A DNA stretch of 60,230 nucleotides from a virus (Duplodnaviria > Caudoviricetes): positions 1 through 60,230 of the IMG/VR virus record IMGVR_UViG_3300021964_000063. The stretch is one strand, 5' to 3'. Below the pieces are notes generated by a model that did no database searches, was not told where the DNA came from, and was given only the letters and a program-made list of their open reading frames with translations. Of the stretch, positions 57,197-60,230 are shown piece by piece (position 1 is the first letter of the stretch; the number at the start of each line of letters is the position of its first letter). Both the position numbers and the translations under genes were made by a program.

Positions 57197-58143
57197 GAAG
57201 ATGGATACCTGATTACCACAATACCAGGGCCACCAGCTCCACCATCATAGGTGGAGCTCCCACTGGATCCACCACCACCTCCTCCTAGAAAGTTTACTGC
57301 TGATGGACCAATGCTGCCACCACCATTAGCACCACCTCCAACACCACCAGTGCCGCCAGGACCAGCACCACCGCCTCCACCATATTGATTTTGCAGAGGC
57401 CCCATAACAGGAATAACAGGTGCTAAAACTGGAATATTTGATGCAGGAAACCTATTAACTGTTATCCCATCACCACCAGCGGTCCCTGAACCAGCGGCAC
57501 CGGCACCTCCACCACCACCACCTACAATGCCTGGAATCCTAGCTGTTGCTGCATTATTTCCATATGCAGTATATCCTGTTACTGCAGAGAAAGTAATAGC
57601 TATTCCTACACCTGATTCTATAGGACTTACATAATAACTTGCACCGCCACCAGATCCACCATCTGCACCATCGTTGTTGATCCCTGGTCCGCTACCACCA
57701 GCGCCGCCACCTAAAGCTATTACTGGACCAAAGTTACTACTTTGGCCATTGCCTGCCGGTGTGTTCTGACCATCCCCGCCAACACCTCCATCTCCAGCAG
57801 TTACAATCACGATTCCTGGTTGAATGGGAATACTTACTCCTTCAATAACTTTTCCAGCACCACCACCACCAGCATAATATCCGCCACCGCCTCCACCACC
57901 AGCACCAATAATTAAAATATCCCCTGTACCACCACCAGCGGTCACTTCAAACAATGTTGCGCCCAGAGGTGCAGTTATCATATGATATTTGAATCCATCT
58001 CCTGGAGTTGCTACTGTTCCACCAGTTGCAGCAATAGTACCTGTAACTCCACCACCAGAGATAGTTTCTCCAATATTAGATGTAAGATAAGATTTAACTA
58101 ATTTGCCCAGGTTTCTACCTGCTATAGATTTAAATGGTGCCAT
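57193..58143 (-). CDS. Glycine-rich fibre/receptor-binding-like protein (module 1)
   Basis: ATGG...PGDGFKYH, DILIIGAGGGGG, GG.GIVVIRYP. Confidence 0.75.
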   Translation of the reverse strand: MAPFKSIAGRNLGKLVKSYLTSNIGETISGGGVTGTIAATGGTVATPGDGFKYHMITAPLGATLFEVTAGGGTGDILIIGAGGGGGGGYYAGGGGAGKVIEGVSIPIQPGIVIVTAGDGGVGGDGQNTPAGNGQSSNFGPVIALGGGAGGSGPGINNDGADGGSGGGASYYVSPIESGVGIAITFSAVTGYTAYGNNAATARIPGIVGGGGGGAGAAGSGTAGGDGITVNRFPASNIPVLAPVIPVMGPLQNQYGGGGGAGPGGTGGVGGGANGGGSIGPSAVNFLGGGGGGSSGSSTYDGGAGGPGIVVIRYPSS

Positions 58144-58144
58144 A

Positions 58145-58483
58145 TCATGCCTCCTTATCGCCAGTTATCAAAATATTAACTGTACTACCAATAGCAGTTA
58201 CACTTAACTTATCTCCATCAGTATCAAGAACAATCGGATATATCGGTTCAATAAGAGCAGTTTCTTTTGCCGTCAAAGTTACATCAAACATTTTAGTTCC
58301 ATTGCCAACTGCTCCACCATTTTGAACTACAAATACTTGAGCAGTAGCACCTGCCCCAATAACATCACATGCTGCAATTGATCTGATATAAACTTTTTTA
58401 GACGATGCAACGGTAATAATCCCTACTGTGCTGCCAGGATTAATCGTAATAACATTGCTAAGTTTTCCGTTACTGAATGCCAT
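58145..58483 (-). CDS. Virion structural protein, 112 aa
   Basis: ET.LIEP.YPIVL...GD motif; paralogue of 51834-52241. Confidence 0.65.
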   Translation of the reverse strand: MAFSNGKLSNVITINPGSTVGIITVASSKKVYIRSIAACDVIGAGATAQVFVVQNGGAVGNGTKMFDVTLTAKETALIEPIYPIVLDTDGDKLSVTAIGSTVNILITGDKEA

Positions 58484-58491
58484 TTCTTTAC

Positions 58492-58506
58492 TTTTTAGTT
58501 ATTTAT
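58492..58506 (-). promoter_or_regulatory. Late promoter ATAAATAACTAAAAA
   Basis: Upstream of ATG 58483. Confidence 0.65.
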
Positions 58507-58838
58507 CAACCAGATACAGTTAACCAACCGAGCAAAGTTACTTGTTGCTCATTAAGTCCAGCACCTGTAAGTTGTGAACCATCACCGTAATAAGTTAGTG
58601 CGCCATCAGAACCAATACTTTGTCCAGCACCAACTCTAATACCTAATCGTGCTGTTACAACACCAACAGAATCAATGTTAGTTACATCTTCATACGTTAA
58701 AGTTCCTCCAACGGAAACGTTTCCGCTGAAAGAACCAGAAGTTGCTGTAATAACACCAGTGACGCTAACACCTTTGGTAAAAGTGGGAGCGCCATCTGCT
58801 GCTCTATTTGTAAAATTGTCTGCCCTAACCTTAGACAT
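58506..58838 (-). CDS. Short tail-fibre-like protein, 110 aa
   Basis: MSKVRADNF...GAP, GNVSVGGTLTYEDVTNIDSVG, YYGDGSQL. Confidence 0.7.
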   Translation of the reverse strand: MSKVRADNFTNRAADGAPTFTKGVSVTGVITATSGSFSGNVSVGGTLTYEDVTNIDSVGVVTARLGIRVGAGQSIGSDGALTYYGDGSQLTGAGLNEQQVTLLGWLTVSG

Positions 58839-58857
58839 TCTTATCCACTTTTTCAGT

Positions 58858-58865
58858 TATTTATA
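58858..58865 (-). promoter_or_regulatory. Late promoter, perfect T4 consensus TATAAATA
   Basis: tatttata on + strand, ~20 nt upstream of ATG 58838. Confidence 0.7.
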
Positions 58866-59409
58866 CTGATTGATGATCGGGTAGTTTTGGAAGTAAGTCA
58901 AAGGAAATAATAGTCCTATGTTTTCTTACCTGATTGGGATGAACGAAGTGTAATGTATATGATGGAGAGATAAAGATTGTTCCCTCCTTTACATTCTGTG
59001 GATATGCTAATGATGTAGTATCACTTCTTGGGTCTTGCCATGGTGCTACAAAACAAGTGGGAGTATGAACTTTAGGGTCATAATCAACATAAAGAATACC
59101 AGTAAATCCCCAACTCTTATGGTTATGAATTGTTTGCTGGTCTCCTTTTTGATAACGAACTGCCCATACATCAGTCATACTACAAGTGACTTGTGCTTCC
59201 TGGACAAACTCCCATAACTCATCTTTGATTAGGTCTTGAAAGTAATGAAGATAAGATTTCTTGTTAGTCTGTCTATCAGTCTCAAAGGTTTGGAGGTCAG
59301 TTCTAATAAACTTCTCCTCCTTTAACCTCTTTAGCAATCCTTTCTTCTTAAAATCCCAATCCTTAATTTGATATTGATAGGTAGGATATTCAAAAAGAGG
59401 TGCCTTCAT
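58861..59409 (-). CDS. 2OG-Fe(II) oxygenase-like protein
   Basis: W...Y.KGD....HNH, EG...SPSY..H.V, R..ISF. Confidence 0.8.
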   Translation of the reverse strand: MKAPLFEYPTYQYQIKDWDFKKKGLLKRLKEEKFIRTDLQTFETDRQTNKKSYLHYFQDLIKDELWEFVQEAQVTCSMTDVWAVRYQKGDQQTIHNHKSWGFTGILYVDYDPKVHTPTCFVAPWQDPRSDTTSLAYPQNVKEGTIFISPSYTLHFVHPNQVRKHRTIISFDLLPKLPDHQSV

Positions 59410-60140
59410 CGTGCCCTATCCCATGCACAGTGTGCTCTTTGTCCATCAGCAAGTACATAATGAAAAAATATTTGATGATAGTATTGCTCTGATGTAGGAG
59501 TTTTACCAAACAATTTCTTATTCTTCTTACCAGTAAAACCAGGCATAGGATCACGCCAATGTGGACGTTCACATCCTTTGTAAATCATTCCATCACCAGC
59601 ACCTAAGATAACAGCACGGTTCTCACCAGGAATCAGAATGGTTGTCTTCTTCTTATCCGTATATGTATCAGGTGTCTTGATCCAAATAGGCCATTCAGCA
59701 TCTTTACCTTCTAGGTTAGTGCTCACATGAACTGTTACTGAAATCTCACAGGCATCACGATCTGCATGTTTTGTAAGTGATTGTCCTGGAAAGTAATACC
59801 GATCATAATAATAGGTATTATACAGCTTCCTACCGAGATGTTCCTCCAATTTCATGCGAATACCGGAGTGAATCGCACGATATTGTGGATGCCAATAACG
59901 TGATGTAGACCCCTCTACCTGTTGTTCTACAGGAACATGATTAAAATGTTCTGGGTTTTTGTCCCAATAGTTGTACTGTCCTTTCTCTTCTGGCACTGGA
60001 TGATAAAGTTCTTTAGCATCCCAAAGGTTTGGAATGACTAAGTAACCATTCTTATCAAAATTATCATTACGAGTCCATGATGTTCCAGTGTTGTTCTTTT
60101 CCTGCATCATTAGTTGCAGTTCGTTCATTTGTTCTGCCAT
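59406..60140 (-). CDS. 2OG-Fe(II) oxygenase-like protein (ORF track starts at 60167)
   Basis: L.KHADR.ACEISVT, GD..IY.GC...HWR, Q.FFHYV; ATG 60140 overlaps the upstream TAA. Confidence 0.8.
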   Translation of the reverse strand: MAEQMNELQLMMQEKNNTGTSWTRNDNFDKNGYLVIPNLWDAKELYHPVPEEKGQYNYWDKNPEHFNHVPVEQQVEGSTSRYWHPQYRAIHSGIRMKLEEHLGRKLYNTYYYDRYYFPGQSLTKHADRDACEISVTVHVSTNLEGKDAEWPIWIKTPDTYTDKKKTTILIPGENRAVILGAGDGMIYKGCERPHWRDPMPGFTGKKNKKLFGKTPTSEQYYHQIFFHYVLADGQRAHCAWDRAR

Positions 60141-60230
60141 TACTTCCACCTCGGACCAACAACCCAACCAACAATAGATCTACGAGTTCCTTTTGTTACC
60201 TTAAGAACTCTATGTTGTGTGCGAGAATCA
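60140..60230 (-). CDS. C-terminal end of a 2OG-Fe(II) oxygenase (PKHD-type), truncated by window end
   Basis: DSRTQHRVLKVTKGTRRSIVGWVVGPRWK-stop. Confidence 0.75.
   Translation of the reverse strand, partial: DSRTQHRVLKVTKGTRRSIVGWVVGPRWK

Noticed and set aside
50809-58143. Diversity-generating retroelement or invertible shufflon for the fibre paralogues
   Set aside because: No reverse transcriptase, invertase, near-identical TR/VR pair or inverted crossover sites seen; the paralogues are broadly diverged
50826-59572. Alternative-frame Val/Leu/His-rich ORFs inside the Gly-rich and oxygenase genes
   Set aside because: By-products of GGT/GGA codon repeats or overlap with stronger genes
1-60230. 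tRNA/rRNA genes, introns, inteins or homing endonucleases
   Set aside because: No cloverleaf signatures, LAGLIDADG/HNH/GIY-YIG motifs or interrupted core genes recognised by eye; tRNAscan and HMM searches would be needed to exclude them fully

Overview
A 60 kb, AT-rich segment of a T4-like marine cyanomyovirus (Kyanoviridae-type; host probably Synechococcus/Prochlorococcus, inferred from gene content). Almost all genes are on the - strand. 1-31.7 kb is the virion morphogenesis block: a fibre-like ORF running off the left edge, gp16, gp15, gp14, gp13, a VrlC-like giant protein, gp8, gp7, gp6 and gp25, with (C/A/T)TAAATA late promoters. 31.7-34.0 kb holds conserved small genes and a glycosyltransferase-like gene. 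34.0-35.1 kb is largely non-coding, with sigma70 promoters, cyanobacterial-type DnaA-box-like 9-mers and an AT-rich tract. 34.7-45.3 kb is the most striking part: 11 copies of a 29-bp direct repeat (- strand GTTAGTAACCTCTAAAGTTCCCCTATAGT) that tightly bracket cassettes of small genes. These include a HicA-like toxin, an RNA-ligase-like protein, an SF2 helicase, a Dam methylase, a ParB/DGQH protein and a putative PD-(D/E)xK nuclease. 45.3-50.8 kb holds capsid-targeted internal-protein candidates and small genes (CP12-like, possible NblA-like, two HExxH proteins). 50.8-58.8 kb holds three paralogous fibre/Gly-rich modules interrupted by a sulfotransferase and a carbamoyltransferase. The window ends in three 2OG-Fe(II) oxygenases. 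No tRNA, rRNA, CRISPR array or integrase was seen. All product calls come from motif recognition and synteny by eye, not from database searches.
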